Origin: an uncultured bacterium | GTDB lineage: Bacteria > Patescibacteriota > Minisyncoccia > Moranbacterales > UBA2206 | Reading direction: 5' to 3' | NCBI GenBank assembly: GCA_903831805.1 | Contig: CAIKZD010000007.1 | Coordinates: forward strand, 7,886 to 71,885 | DNA: 64,000 nucleotides | Part shown: piece by piece, positions 9,131-19,645 of the stretch | How positions within the stretch are numbered: the stretch's first letter is position 1 | Layout: every line of letters starts with the position of its first letter | The notes under the pieces: model-generated | What the model saw: the letters and a program-made list of their open reading frames with translations, nothing else | Database searches by the model: none | Told to the model about the DNA's origin: nothing | Translations under genes and position numbers: made by a program

Positions 9131-12100
9131 ATGTCCAAATACCACAAATTAATCTTAATCGCATTTTTTATAATAACGGGTCTTTCTTCCGCTTCTTTTG
9201 TCAGTGCGGAATCCGCTCCGACTGTGTCGGGAATCAACCCGGTCAGTGGATCGCCCAGTGGTGGAACCAGTGTAACGATTTCCGGCAGTAATTTTTCCAT
9301 CGGTTTGGATAGTTATACAAAGTTGCTTTTGCATAGCGACGGGGCCAATAATTCAACCACCTTCACTGACAGCGCGTCTTCTCCAAAAACAATGACGGCC
9401 AATGGTAACGCGAAAATTTCCACGGCGCAAAGTAAGTTTGGCGGCAGCTCAGCAGTTTTTGACGGCAATGGAGATTTTGTGTCGACGCCTGACAGCGCAG
9501 ACTGGGATCTTGGCAGTGGAGATTTCACCATTGATTATTGGATCAGATATCCGGCTACGCCCAACTATACCGCGGTGCTTGGGCAATGGAACGGAGCGAC
9601 TAGCCAGAAATCATGGCTCCTGGAACATATTGGCACAGCGGCGATGGGCTTCTATTACTCAACGACGGGGAGCGATCAATCGTCCGTGTCGTTCGCTTGG
9701 ACACCCAGCGTGGATACTTGGTATCATTGCGCCATGGTGAGGTCCGGCACGAACATGCTTTTCTTTGTGAACGGAACACAAGTGGGCACGGCGCAAAGCA
9801 TCGGCGCTGCGACATTTTTCAATTCGAGCGACCAATTTCAAATTGGGCAGCAGGAAGCCAACACCGGAACATCCGTGAATGCCTACATTGATGAGGTGCG
9901 CGTTTCCAAAGGGATCGCGCGTTGGACTGCCAACTTCACTTCGCCGAGTGTCAGATATGGCACTCCAGCTGTCACCATTGGTGGAACTGCCGCCACGAGT
10001 GTGGCGTCAACCGACGGCAGCACTATCACCGCTGTCACTCCGGCTCACGCGCTTGGCGCGGGAAATGTGGTTGCCACCAATCCTGACACTCAGAGCGCGA
10101 CACTGACAAATGGGTATACCTATTTTGTTTCCAATGTCTATTATTCCGTCGGTCAATCGGCCGCGGATCTCAAAACCGGTACGCCGAATGTCGCCATTAC
10201 GAGCGGCGTGGCCACTTTCACCGTGGCGCAAACCGGAAACATTGGTGTGGGAGATGTTATCGTCGCCAATGCCATTTCCTATTATATCTCAAGTAAAACT
10301 TCCACCACTGTTTGGAATGTGGTGACCAATACAGGTGCCACGCCGACCAATATTGGTTCCACGGCTGTCACTTCCATTAAACATGTCTACACCTCACTGA
10401 ATTCGGCCGTGGCGGGTGCAGCTACTTTACTGGGCAACTCCGATCTTACTGCCGCTAATGTCGCTCTGAATATTCCTTGTTATTATGATAGCGCCGCCGA
10501 TACGACGGCTGTCACAGTTTCCGGTTACACGACCGATGCGACGAGATATATCAAAATTTATACGCCGTCGAATACTGCGACGGAGAGTAATAATTCGCAG
10601 AGGGCGATGGGGAAGTGGGATGCGGGGAAATACAGCTTAGTATCATCCGGCACTACAACTGTTCAACTTAATAGTGCATATATTATATTTGAAGGCATCC
10701 AGCTAAAAAATACCAATGCAACTGCCAGCGCTGACACAGCCATAATATATACCAGCTTAAATAACGCAAGCTCTTTATTGACTATTAATAAAAATATACT
10801 TGTGGCTCAAGTGTCCGGGGTCAATACGATGTATGCTTTCAAAGATATATATCAGACAGTAAAGAATGTCATATTAAGCAATAATGTTTTTTATAATATA
10901 ACCGGTGGTTCTGCAGAAGATAGAGCGATTGTTATGGAGGGGGGAAACTTTTATGTATATAACAACACTGTTTATAACGCTGAAGTAGGATTTAAGATAG
11001 TATCGACTTCTACTGTGGTTGCCAAAAATAATATAGTTCAAGGTGCCACGGATGGATATTATGGAACTTTCGATGCGGCTTCCGATTACAACATTTCCAA
11101 TCTATCTAGTGACACAACAGGAGGAGCTCATGACAAGCAAGCTACCGTAAATTTTGTCTCCACCGTATCTGGTTTAGAAGACTTCCATCTTTCTCCTGCA
11201 GATTCCGCCGCGAAAAACTCCGGCGCGGATCTTTCTGCGGATGCCAATTTTGCTTTTTCCACTGACATCGACGGGGCATCAAGAAACGCGGCCATCAATG
11301 CTTGGGACATCGGCGCCGATGAAACGGCGACGGAGGTCTATTTCAGTGTTGGACAAAATACTAGCGATCACAAAACTAGTACACCGACTGTCACCGTATC
11401 CGGCACGACCGCCACTTTCAGTGTGGCACAAACAGCGACGAACATGGGGGTGGGGGATCTAGTGACTTACATCGGTGGGACTTGCTACCTATCCGCTAAA
11501 ACCAACGCCGATCAGATGCATTGGAATTGCGTCAGTGCGACAGGCGGACAACCGGCGCAAGTGGCAGGGGTGAGTGTCACTTCGATTGCCCACGCCTTCG
11601 GTGCGCTGGAAGGGACAGTTGATGCCAATACCGGCAATGGCGCTTTTGACGCATCGCATTTGAATACTAAAAACTTAGTCACTGGCAACTATCAACTCAA
11701 TGTGCCTTGCTACTATGACACCGGCGCAGATCCCAATACCTTAGGGGTAAGTGTGCGCGGCTGGACCACCGGCGGACAAAATTCCATCAAAATCTATACA
11801 CCAAACAACACCACCACCGAAGTCAATCAAACACAAAGGCCTGCTGGGAAGTGGGACGCGACCAAATATAATGTAGCGATAAATCACAGCGCTTTTGCTC
11901 TGTCCATGTTGACCATCAGAAACGACGCTGTCACCGTGGAAGGCCTGCAGTTCTATATGATTTCCACTGCCTTTGAACATGATGCCATCTACGCCATTAA
12001 TCCCAATGCCAGTGGCGCAATTAATATTGCCAGTAACATTATCAGAGCGGAACTTTCCGGTACGGCCACCGGCTTTGCCGTCATCTCGCATACGAACAAT

Positions 12101-13870
12101 GTCGGCAGCACCAATATTTACAATAATGTTATCTATGGTTTTGGTATAAACGGCGACGCCGGCGGCCCGGAAAAAGTCTACAACAACACGGTTAGTGGTA
12201 GTGCGGTGGGCATTTCCGGCACGGCCAATGATATTGCCAAAAATAACATCGTGCAAAATTGTGCCAATGGTTATTCCGGCACTTTCAACGCTGCTTCAGA
12301 CTACAACATTTCCGACCTGGCGGCTGACAACGCCGGTGGTGCCCATGACAAACAAGCCACGGTGGCTTTTGCGGATGCGACCAACAAGGATTTCCACCTT
12401 TCTCCGACCGACACGCAAGCCAAGGATGCCGGCGCAAACTTGAGCGCTGATTCCAACTTCGCCTTCACCACCGACATCGATTCTCAAACCAGAAATCAAA
12501 ACGGTCTCGGTTGGGACATCGGCGCGGACGAAGCGGCTACGCAGATTTTTTATAGTGTCGGACAAAATACTACCGATCACAAAACTGGTTCTCCGACCGT
12601 GACCGTTAGCGGTTCAACCGCTACATTTTCTGTGGCGCAGACTGCGACGAATATGGGCGTGGGGGATTTGGTGACCTACACTGGTGGCACATGTTACCTG
12701 AGCGCCAAAACCAACGCCGATCAGATGCATTGGAATTGTGTCAGTGCCACCGGTGGCACACCAACTGCAGCTTCGGCCGGCACAACCGTCACTTCCATCA
12801 CTCACGCCTTCGCTTCACTCGAAGGTGCAGTGGATGCCAACACTGCCACGGGTGCTTTTGACGCAACCCATCTAAACACGAAAGATTTAGTGACCAATAA
12901 TTATCAATTAAATATTCCTTGCTACTACGACACTGGTGCGGACACCACGGCGGTCACCGTGCAGTTTTGGACTACTGGGGCGCAGGATTATGTGAAAATT
13001 TATACGCCATACAACACGACAAGTGAAATTAATCAGACGCAGAGGCATAGCGGGAAGTGGGATGATGGGAAATATAGAATGGTTGTTCCAATGAATAATT
13101 TTTACAATGATATTATCTATTCGCAAATCAAGTTCGTCTGGATTGACGGATTGCAAATAGAAAAAGCGGAGGGAGTCGGATTTGACTCCGGAGGTATGTG
13201 GATCGAAAATAATTTTTCAGATGGGGGGGTGATCAGGATTTCCAATAATATTGTCAGAAATACCAACACCACAGGCACAATTATTTATGGAATTAGTGCC
13301 TTGGATTACTCATCTAATTTTGCGACGACATACTACGTCTGGAGCAATATTATTTATGGTTTTAACAATAGTGATAGCTATGGTATCTATTTGAATTATC
13401 TTTCAGTTGATACTGATTATGTTTACAATAATACAATTTATAATAATACAATCGGAATTAATAATGAGAATGGCGGTGGGACAGTTTTTGCCAAAAACAA
13501 TCTTGCCTATAACAACACCACGGACTATGCTGGTACATTCAATGCCTCTTCCACTAATAATCTTTCCAAAGACGCCACTTCGCCTAACGCCGGCGGAGCG
13601 GATTGTGGCGGGCACAGCTGCCGCAATCAAACCGTCAGCTTTGTTTCCACTACGACCGGTGCGGAAGACTTCCATCTTGCCCCATCGGACACCGCCGCCA
13701 AAAATTCCGGGGCGGATCTCTCAGCCGACGCTAATTTTCCTTTCAACACCGACATCGACGGCGAAACCCGCCACGCCGGCGTGTGGGACATTGGGGCGGA
13801 TGAGAACAATAGCATCAATGTGCAACTCAATCGGAATGTGCAGTTGAAGAGGAATGTGCAGATTAAATAG
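9131..13870 (+). CDS. 1579-aa secreted surface protein: IPT/TIG + LamG-like + three ~400-aa beta-helix repeats
   Basis: Signal peptide; PTVSGINPVSGSPSGGTSVTISGSNF (IPT); three units each with IPCYYD, YNNT, DFHLSP.D and WDIGADE. Confidence 0.88.
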   Translation: MSKYHKLILIAFFIITGLSSASFVSAESAPTVSGINPVSGSPSGGTSVTISGSNFSIGLDSYTKLLLHSDGANNSTTFTDSASSPKTMTANGNAKISTAQSKFGGSSAVFDGNGDFVSTPDSADWDLGSGDFTIDYWIRYPATPNYTAVLGQWNGATSQKSWLLEHIGTAAMGFYYSTTGSDQSSVSFAWTPSVDTWYHCAMVRSGTNMLFFVNGTQVGTAQSIGAATFFNSSDQFQIGQQEANTGTSVNAYIDEVRVSKGIARWTANFTSPSVRYGTPAVTIGGTAATSVASTDGSTITAVTPAHALGAGNVVATNPDTQSATLTNGYTYFVSNVYYSVGQSAADLKTGTPNVAITSGVATFTVAQTGNIGVGDVIVANAISYYISSKTSTTVWNVVTNTGATPTNIGSTAVTSIKHVYTSLNSAVAGAATLLGNSDLTAANVALNIPCYYDSAADTTAVTVSGYTTDATRYIKIYTPSNTATESNNSQRAMGKWDAGKYSLVSSGTTTVQLNSAYIIFEGIQLKNTNATASADTAIIYTSLNNASSLLTINKNILVAQVSGVNTMYAFKDIYQTVKNVILSNNVFYNITGGSAEDRAIVMEGGNFYVYNNTVYNAEVGFKIVSTSTVVAKNNIVQGATDGYYGTFDAASDYNISNLSSDTTGGAHDKQATVNFVSTVSGLEDFHLSPADSAAKNSGADLSADANFAFSTDIDGASRNAAINAWDIGADETATEVYFSVGQNTSDHKTSTPTVTVSGTTATFSVAQTATNMGVGDLVTYIGGTCYLSAKTNADQMHWNCVSATGGQPAQVAGVSVTSIAHAFGALEGTVDANTGNGAFDASHLNTKNLVTGNYQLNVPCYYDTGADPNTLGVSVRGWTTGGQNSIKIYTPNNTTTEVNQTQRPAGKWDATKYNVAINHSAFALSMLTIRNDAVTVEGLQFYMISTAFEHDAIYAINPNASGAINIASNIIRAELSGTATGFAVISHTNNVGSTNIYNNVIYGFGINGDAGGPEKVYNNTVSGSAVGISGTANDIAKNNIVQNCANGYSGTFNAASDYNISDLAADNAGGAHDKQATVAFADATNKDFHLSPTDTQAKDAGANLSADSNFAFTTDIDSQTRNQNGLGWDIGADEAATQIFYSVGQNTTDHKTGSPTVTVSGSTATFSVAQTATNMGVGDLVTYTGGTCYLSAKTNADQMHWNCVSATGGTPTAASAGTTVTSITHAFASLEGAVDANTATGAFDATHLNTKDLVTNNYQLNIPCYYDTGADTTAVTVQFWTTGAQDYVKIYTPYNTTSEINQTQRHSGKWDDGKYRMVVPMNNFYNDIIYSQIKFVWIDGLQIEKAEGVGFDSGGMWIENNFSDGGVIRISNNIVRNTNTTGTIIYGISALDYSSNFATTYYVWSNIIYGFNNSDSYGIYLNYLSVDTDYVYNNTIYNNTIGINNENGGGTVFAKNNLAYNNTTDYAGTFNASSTNNLSKDATSPNAGGADCGGHSCRNQTVSFVSTTTGAEDFHLAPSDTAAKNSGADLSADANFPFNTDIDGETRHAGVWDIGADENNSINVQLNRNVQLKRNVQIK

Positions 13871-14139
13871 TCTGAACCACCGATGCAGGTTCAAGTTCTC
13901 GATGCAGGTTCAGGTTTGTAACTTGGACCCTGGAGTTAACCATCGAAATGTTTAAACAAGAATTAAATTCAAAAAGCCCGTAAACTAAAAGAATCAGGTT
14001 ACAAACCTGCTCCTGCACGGAGGGGGTAAGAGAGAGGGAATATTGACGGGGATTGATAGATGTGATATATTTCCATTGTAATGGACAAATTACTAGATAA
14101 TTGTCCATTTAACTGGACAAATAATATAGTACTAAAATT

Positions 14140-15453
14140 ATGGATACCAAGGAAAATTTAAAGAAACTCATCACTGAATGGATGGAATTTGAGATTCCAA
14201 ACGATATTTTGATGCGCAAGTTTGACAGGCGCTTACTGGCCGGCAAAAAGATTTTAGCAATCATCGGACCGCGCCGCGCCGGAAAAACATATTATTGCTT
14301 CCAGATTATCAAAGAATTACTATTAGACATTCCGAAAGAAAATATTCTCTATATCAATTTTGAAGACGAGCGACTCTATCCTTTGGTGGGCGATGAGCTG
14401 ACCTTGTTATTGGAAAGTTACCTCGAATTGGTTACGCCTCAAAAAAACAAGAAAATATATTTTTTCCTGGATGAAGTTCAAAATATCAAGTTTTGGTCGA
14501 AATGGGCACGAAGAATAAGTGAAAAAAATCCGAATATCAAATTGATCCTGACAGGTTCATCTTCAAAGTTGCTCAGTCGGGAAATCGCTACCGAGCTCCG
14601 CGGCCGCTCACTTTCTTTTATGGTGTACCCCTTATCATTTGGGGAATTTTTAAAGTTCAAAAAAATAGATTTCGAATCTAAAACGATTTTGTATGGCAAA
14701 AAGCGCGGACAAATAAAAAAAGCGTTCAATGAATTCTTGGAGCAGGGCGGTTTCCCGGAAACTTTGTCTGAGACGCTCAAGCAAAAAGTTTTGCAAGAAT
14801 ACTATAGCACAATGTTTTATTCCGATATTGTCGAGCGCTACGATGTTAAGAACACTGCCTTGCTAGAGGATTTCTTAAAAATGGAAATAAACAGTTTTTC
14901 CTCGATGGCTTCAATTTCCAAGATGGAAAAAGTGCTATTGTCGATGAATAGGAAAGCCAGCAAAACTACTTTGTCCAAATATCTTTCCTATGCCAAGAGC
15001 GTTTTTCTTTTGTTTGAACTGAGTGTGTATGATTATAAATTAAAACAGCAGATGAGGCATCTGAAAAAAATATATGCCGTGGACACGGGGCTACTTAATG
15101 CGATTCGTTTTTCTTTTTCCGACGATTACGGCAGGCTCTTGGAAAATTTGGTCTTTTTGGAATTTTTAAAAGCAGGGAAAAAAGTTTTTTATTTCCGTGG
15201 TAATGGAGAATGTGATTTCTTACTTAAAGATGGCAAAAAAATTTCCGCCGCTTTTCAAGTCACGAAGAGCCTTAAAGATTATGACACTCGACAACGGGAA
15301 ATTAAAGGACTTTTGGAAGCCCTGGAGAAATATAAGCTTGATGAAGGAATTATATTGACTGAAGATGAAAATGAAGAATTTGAAGAAGCTGGCAAAAAAA
15401 TCAAGGTTTTGCCAGTGTGGTTTTGGGCATGTGGAATAGCGGGCAAAGATTAA
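14140..15453 (+). CDS. AAA+ ATP-binding protein (AAA_14 + DUF4143 type)
   Basis: GPRRAGKT Walker A, FLDEVQ, LTGSSSKLL, GGFPE, KIYAVDTGL, ECDF. Confidence 0.9.
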   Translation: MDTKENLKKLITEWMEFEIPNDILMRKFDRRLLAGKKILAIIGPRRAGKTYYCFQIIKELLLDIPKENILYINFEDERLYPLVGDELTLLLESYLELVTPQKNKKIYFFLDEVQNIKFWSKWARRISEKNPNIKLILTGSSSKLLSREIATELRGRSLSFMVYPLSFGEFLKFKKIDFESKTILYGKKRGQIKKAFNEFLEQGGFPETLSETLKQKVLQEYYSTMFYSDIVERYDVKNTALLEDFLKMEINSFSSMASISKMEKVLLSMNRKASKTTLSKYLSYAKSVFLLFELSVYDYKLKQQMRHLKKIYAVDTGLLNAIRFSFSDDYGRLLENLVFLEFLKAGKKVFYFRGNGECDFLLKDGKKISAAFQVTKSLKDYDTRQREIKGLLEALEKYKLDEGIILTEDENEEFEEAGKKIKVLPVWFWACGIAGKD

Positions 15454-15510
15454 GTCAATGTCCAGATCAACCGCAACGTGCAGTTCAAAAGGGGAGTGAC
15501 TATCAAATAA
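15454..15510 (+). pseudogene. Orphan second copy of the surface-protein C-terminal 18 codons
   Basis: VNVQINRNVQFKRGVTIK* versus INVQLNRNVQLKRNVQIK* at 13814-13870; no start codon. Confidence 0.75.
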
Positions 15511-15580
15511 AACGGTTTGACCCTTTTTTCAAAAACCTCTATAATTTAAAGCAAGTAAATATAAAATAATTAACACAAAT

Positions 15581-18220
15581 ATGGAACCGGAAAAACAACA
15601 ACCGTTTAATATTAACGTCAGAAAATCGATGGCTGATACGTCTAGTGTGTCCTCACCTCGCAGAGCCAGTCTGCAGGATGCCTATCAGTTAAGTCATGCG
15701 CAAAAATTCGAAGCGGAAATTGCTCCGGAGAAAAACAGCGAACAGAAAAATGAACAAAAATTAGTCATAAAGATTTTGGACAAACTGATCGGTCTCGCGA
15801 TTTTTATGCTTTTCTTCGGCTTGCCGCTTTTTTTCACCGGCTTCACCCAGCAAGGCATTATTTTTGATAAACAGATCTATTTCTATGTCTGGGTGCTTTT
15901 GGGCTTAGTTTTCTGGGTGACCAAAGGCGTGGTGGTGGGAGAAATGAACATCAAGCGGACGCCGTTGGATTGGCCGATCTTGGGATTTTGGTTGGCCTAT
16001 ATCGCCGCCACGGTTTTTTCCGTGGATCGTTGGCACAGTTTCTGGGGCGCTTATAGTGATCCATCGCTCGGTCTCATGAGTATCACGGCTTACATCATCG
16101 CGTATTATTTCCTGAACAGTAATTTAAACTTGAAGAGAATGAAATTGGTGATGATTGCGGTCATTTCGGCCGGGGCAATTACAATGATTTGGACGACACT
16201 CGCGATTTTTGGTTTGAAATTTCTGCCGGACACCATCGCCGCTTATTCTCCGCTCAGTTTGGTCGGGTCTATTACAGGCTTAGGGGTATTGTTCTCACTT
16301 TTGATTCCGATTATCACCACGGCTATTTTGCAAGTGGCTGATGCTAAAAATTTAAGCAAAGTCGTTAAGGGGATTCTGGAAACAGGCATGCTTTTCTTTC
16401 TGGTATTAGATATGTTTTTGGTCCTGGCTCTCTATAATTATATTCCGTGGGTTGGACTGTTCGTCGGAGTGGCTGTGTTTTTGATTTTTATCCTGGCCAA
16501 AATCGTACGCCCGAAAAGCACGTGGGTCTGGCTGCCGATGACCGTGTTTGTCTTGGTAATGGTATTGCGCCTGACTGGCAGCGTGCCGATTGCCAAAGTG
16601 CAATTGCCAATGGAAGTCAGTTTGAATTACAAAACTTCCGCGGACATCGCCTGGCAAAGTATGAAGAATAAATTTTTGGTCGGATCCGGTCCGGCGACCT
16701 ACAGCTATGACTTCTCTTTGAACCGGCCGCAGGATTTCAACGCTAATGCCCTCTACAGTTTGCGCTTCTATCAAGGTACGGGTATTTTGGCGGAAGTGAT
16801 TCCGACGGCTGGCATCGTGGGAGCCATTTTTCTCCTGCTCCTCATTTTGACCTACGTCGGCGCCCAATTCTATCTGCTGTATAAAGACAAGGAAAAAAAC
16901 AAATTATATTCTTTGGGGCTGGCCAGTGCGGCGGCGATTATGCTAGTAGATGTCATGAGTGTGCGGGCTGACGGCGGAATATTGGTCATGGGGGTACTCC
17001 TCGGCACCTTGGCTTTGGCCACCGGGATTCGCGAATCGGAAAACATCGAGCGAGAAATAAATCTTTCGCTTAAGGCTTCGCCTAAATTTGCCTTGGCTCT
17101 GGCTTTTGTCTTTATGGTGGTCAGCGCCGGTATCGCCTTCTTCTTCGTTTATCTTGGTAAGGTTTATGCCTCGGACATTTATGCTAAGCGTGCAGCAGCG
17201 CTAGTGGCCACTGATCCGGATAGGGCACTTAATGATTTGAGTCAGTCAGTCACGCTCAATCCGTTGGAATCCAAATATTATGTCCAATTGGGGCAATATT
17301 ACATGGCGTTGGCTAATCAGGAAGCGCTGAAGGATCAAAATTCCAGAGATATCAATAAGATCCAGCAATATTTGAACAATTCCATTGCGGTCACTAATCA
17401 AGCTAAAACCATTTCTCCCAATGATGTGGGCACGGTGGAATCGCTGGCCCTGATCTATGAAAACGCCGGTCTTTATGTGCCCAATTCTTTGAGTCTCGCG
17501 GTGGACAACTATAAGCGCTCGCAAGAACTGGAACCGCATAACCCGGTCTACTTTGTGAAACTCGGCCAATTGGATGTGGCCACAGCGGGGGCGGAAAAAG
17601 ATACGGCCAAGAAAAAACAATTGGTCAATGATGCTAAGGATCTATTCCAAAAATCAGTCGACGAAAAACAGAATTATCCGGAAGGCTACTACCAATTGGC
17701 TTTGGCTGATGAAGCGCTGAACGATTTGGACCACGCGGTGGAAAACGCGGTGAAGGCTGCGAACCTTTCACCGAAAAATGTGAACTACATTCTTTCCCTC
17801 GGCCGCATGTATGAAGAAAGGAATAAGAATGATGATTTGAAATCGGCGGAGCAGGTTTATCAAATAGCGATAAGCATAGATGACAAGAATGTTAATGGGC
17901 ATTTCTATCTGGGACTGCTGTATGAGAAAGAAAAAAACAAGGACGGTGCCAAAAAAGAATATGGCCGCGTAGTGGATCTGCTCAGTGCCAATAGTAATGG
18001 CAGTAACGCCGACACGATCGCTAAATTGAAAAAGATGATTGACAACGTGAATAATGGCGTAGTGAACACGGCCGAAAGCCTGGGGTTGACCCAGGACAAT
18101 CAACCGGCCCCGACTACTCCGACTGCGCCTGTAGCACCAACTACACCAACTACACCAACTACCCCCCCCACTGCTCCTACTGTTAAGCCAACTACTCCTC
18201 CAGTGACACCTACTCCGTAA
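15581..18220 (+). CDS. Polytopic membrane protein (O-antigen-ligase-like) with TPR repeats and Pro/Thr tail
   Basis: About 12 TM segments, LVGSGPATY loop, TPR-like helices, PTTPT repeats. Confidence 0.75.
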   Translation: MEPEKQQPFNINVRKSMADTSSVSSPRRASLQDAYQLSHAQKFEAEIAPEKNSEQKNEQKLVIKILDKLIGLAIFMLFFGLPLFFTGFTQQGIIFDKQIYFYVWVLLGLVFWVTKGVVVGEMNIKRTPLDWPILGFWLAYIAATVFSVDRWHSFWGAYSDPSLGLMSITAYIIAYYFLNSNLNLKRMKLVMIAVISAGAITMIWTTLAIFGLKFLPDTIAAYSPLSLVGSITGLGVLFSLLIPIITTAILQVADAKNLSKVVKGILETGMLFFLVLDMFLVLALYNYIPWVGLFVGVAVFLIFILAKIVRPKSTWVWLPMTVFVLVMVLRLTGSVPIAKVQLPMEVSLNYKTSADIAWQSMKNKFLVGSGPATYSYDFSLNRPQDFNANALYSLRFYQGTGILAEVIPTAGIVGAIFLLLLILTYVGAQFYLLYKDKEKNKLYSLGLASAAAIMLVDVMSVRADGGILVMGVLLGTLALATGIRESENIEREINLSLKASPKFALALAFVFMVVSAGIAFFFVYLGKVYASDIYAKRAAALVATDPDRALNDLSQSVTLNPLESKYYVQLGQYYMALANQEALKDQNSRDINKIQQYLNNSIAVTNQAKTISPNDVGTVESLALIYENAGLYVPNSLSLAVDNYKRSQELEPHNPVYFVKLGQLDVATAGAEKDTAKKKQLVNDAKDLFQKSVDEKQNYPEGYYQLALADEALNDLDHAVENAVKAANLSPKNVNYILSLGRMYEERNKNDDLKSAEQVYQIAISIDDKNVNGHFYLGLLYEKEKNKDGAKKEYGRVVDLLSANSNGSNADTIAKLKKMIDNVNNGVVNTAESLGLTQDNQPAPTTPTAPVAPTTPTTPTTPPTAPTVKPTTPPVTPTP

Positions 18221-18242
18221 GGACGGAAAATACGGCAAAACC

Positions 18243-18283
18243 GTAATCGTAGAGACGCCCCGTCGGGGCGTCTCTACGATTAC
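18243..18283. repeat. GTAG-type REP palindrome
   Basis: gtaatcgtagagacgccccg-t-cggggcgtctctacgattac. Confidence 0.88.
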
Positions 18284-18294
18284 CATAATAGCCC

Positions 18295-18322
18295 TTGACA
18301 TTATTTTCAGGCCTGCTATCAT
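18295..18322 (+). promoter_or_regulatory. Sigma70 promoter for the 23S-5S unit
   Basis: TTGACA-16 bp-TATCAT with TG extension; 16-bp spacing is typical of rRNA promoters; boxA-like gcaccttaacaa near 18591. Confidence 0.7.
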
Positions 18323-19480
18323 AGTAAAGCGTTAAGAAATTAGTATGTGATTCCTGGGGGATTGTGCCTAAGAAAAGGGGATAATTTCAAGGATGACTGA
18401 ATGATAAAATCAATCAAAAAACTAACTGAAAAAAGCGGGCTTGCCCCGCGATCGCGAAGTGATTTTGCGGGGTGAAACTTTTAGAAGTCTTTGAATTTGC
18501 TTCTAAAAAACTCCGCTCTAAAGCGGTTTTTAATTTGTGCGGAAATAGTCTTTCATAAAATGATTGTGAAAATTATTTTCCGCATCAAACGCACCTTAAC
18601 AATTAAATAGCTCTACTCAAATAAAAATCTTTTTGCATTCTGTGCGATTCGATTAAGTTTAGTGGAGCAAAGGTCTTAATCTGGATATTCAATGCCTACC
18701 GTTGGCGGGAATAGAATTGGATATTTATGATTAGTCATCTAATGTCGCGTAAGCAATGCGATATTAGATAAAAGTAGGTAAAAAAATTGCAATAATGAAA
18801 ACTGTCAGTTAAATAGAGTTAGTGATTTTAGTGATTGCTAACTGCTAACATTGACCCCGATGTAATGTCGGGGTGAAAAATTTAAGAGCGGTAGTACTAA
18901 TGCATATGGTGAATGCCTTGACACTAAAAAGCGATGAAGGACGTAGCTAGCTGCGATAAGCTTCGGGGAGGTGCTGAGCAACCTTTGATCCGGAGATTTC
19001 CGAATGGGGCAACCCCTCCGACTTTACGTCGGAGAACTTTAGCTGAATAAATAGGCTATTGTAGCGAACCCGGCGAACTGAAACATCTTATTAGCCGGAG
19101 GAAAAGACATCAACTGAGATTCCCCAAGTAGTGGCGAGCGAACGGGGAGAAGCCTAAACCATCAGTCGCAAGACCGGTGGGGTTGCGAGATAATTCTACT
19201 CGTTTAATCGGGGTAGGAAACTGTTTGTTAATAGAACGTCTCTGGAAAGAGCGGCCATAGAGAGTGAAAGCCTCGTATATGAAAACGAACAACGACTACG
19301 GAATTATTCTCAAGTAGGGCGGGACCGGAGAAATCCCGTCTGAATCTGGGGCCACTATTGCTCCAAGGCTAAATATTTTTAGTGATCGATAGCGAACGAG
19401 TACCGTGAGGGAAAGGTGAAAAGTATCCCGATGAGGGAGATGAAATAGTATCTGAAACCATATGCTAACGAAGAGTAGGA

Positions 19481-19645
19481 GCCGCATTCTTCACTGACGT
19501 TCAGAATGAATTTTTAATTTCCAATTTTTAATTTTTTAAATAAATCTTAATGTCTAAATTTTTAAACATTAAGAAATTTGAAATTATTTATAAAATTACA
19601 AAATTAAAAATTTAAAAATTCGGAACGCGAGTGAAGAGTGTGGTG
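19481..19645 (+). other. 23S intervening sequence at helix 25
   Basis: Stem gccgcattcttcact/agtgaagagtgtggt enclosing an AT-rich hairpin, between gtaggag and gactgcgt (helix-25 context). Confidence 0.8.

Noticed and set aside
18105-18216. Pro/Thr repeats with a C8 run as a phase-variation site
   Set aside because: At the extreme 3' end in a low-complexity tail, so slippage would barely alter the protein.
18330-18880. tRNA or 16S fragment in the 23S leader
   Set aside because: Several hairpins but no cloverleaf, T-loop motif or 16S conserved blocks seen.
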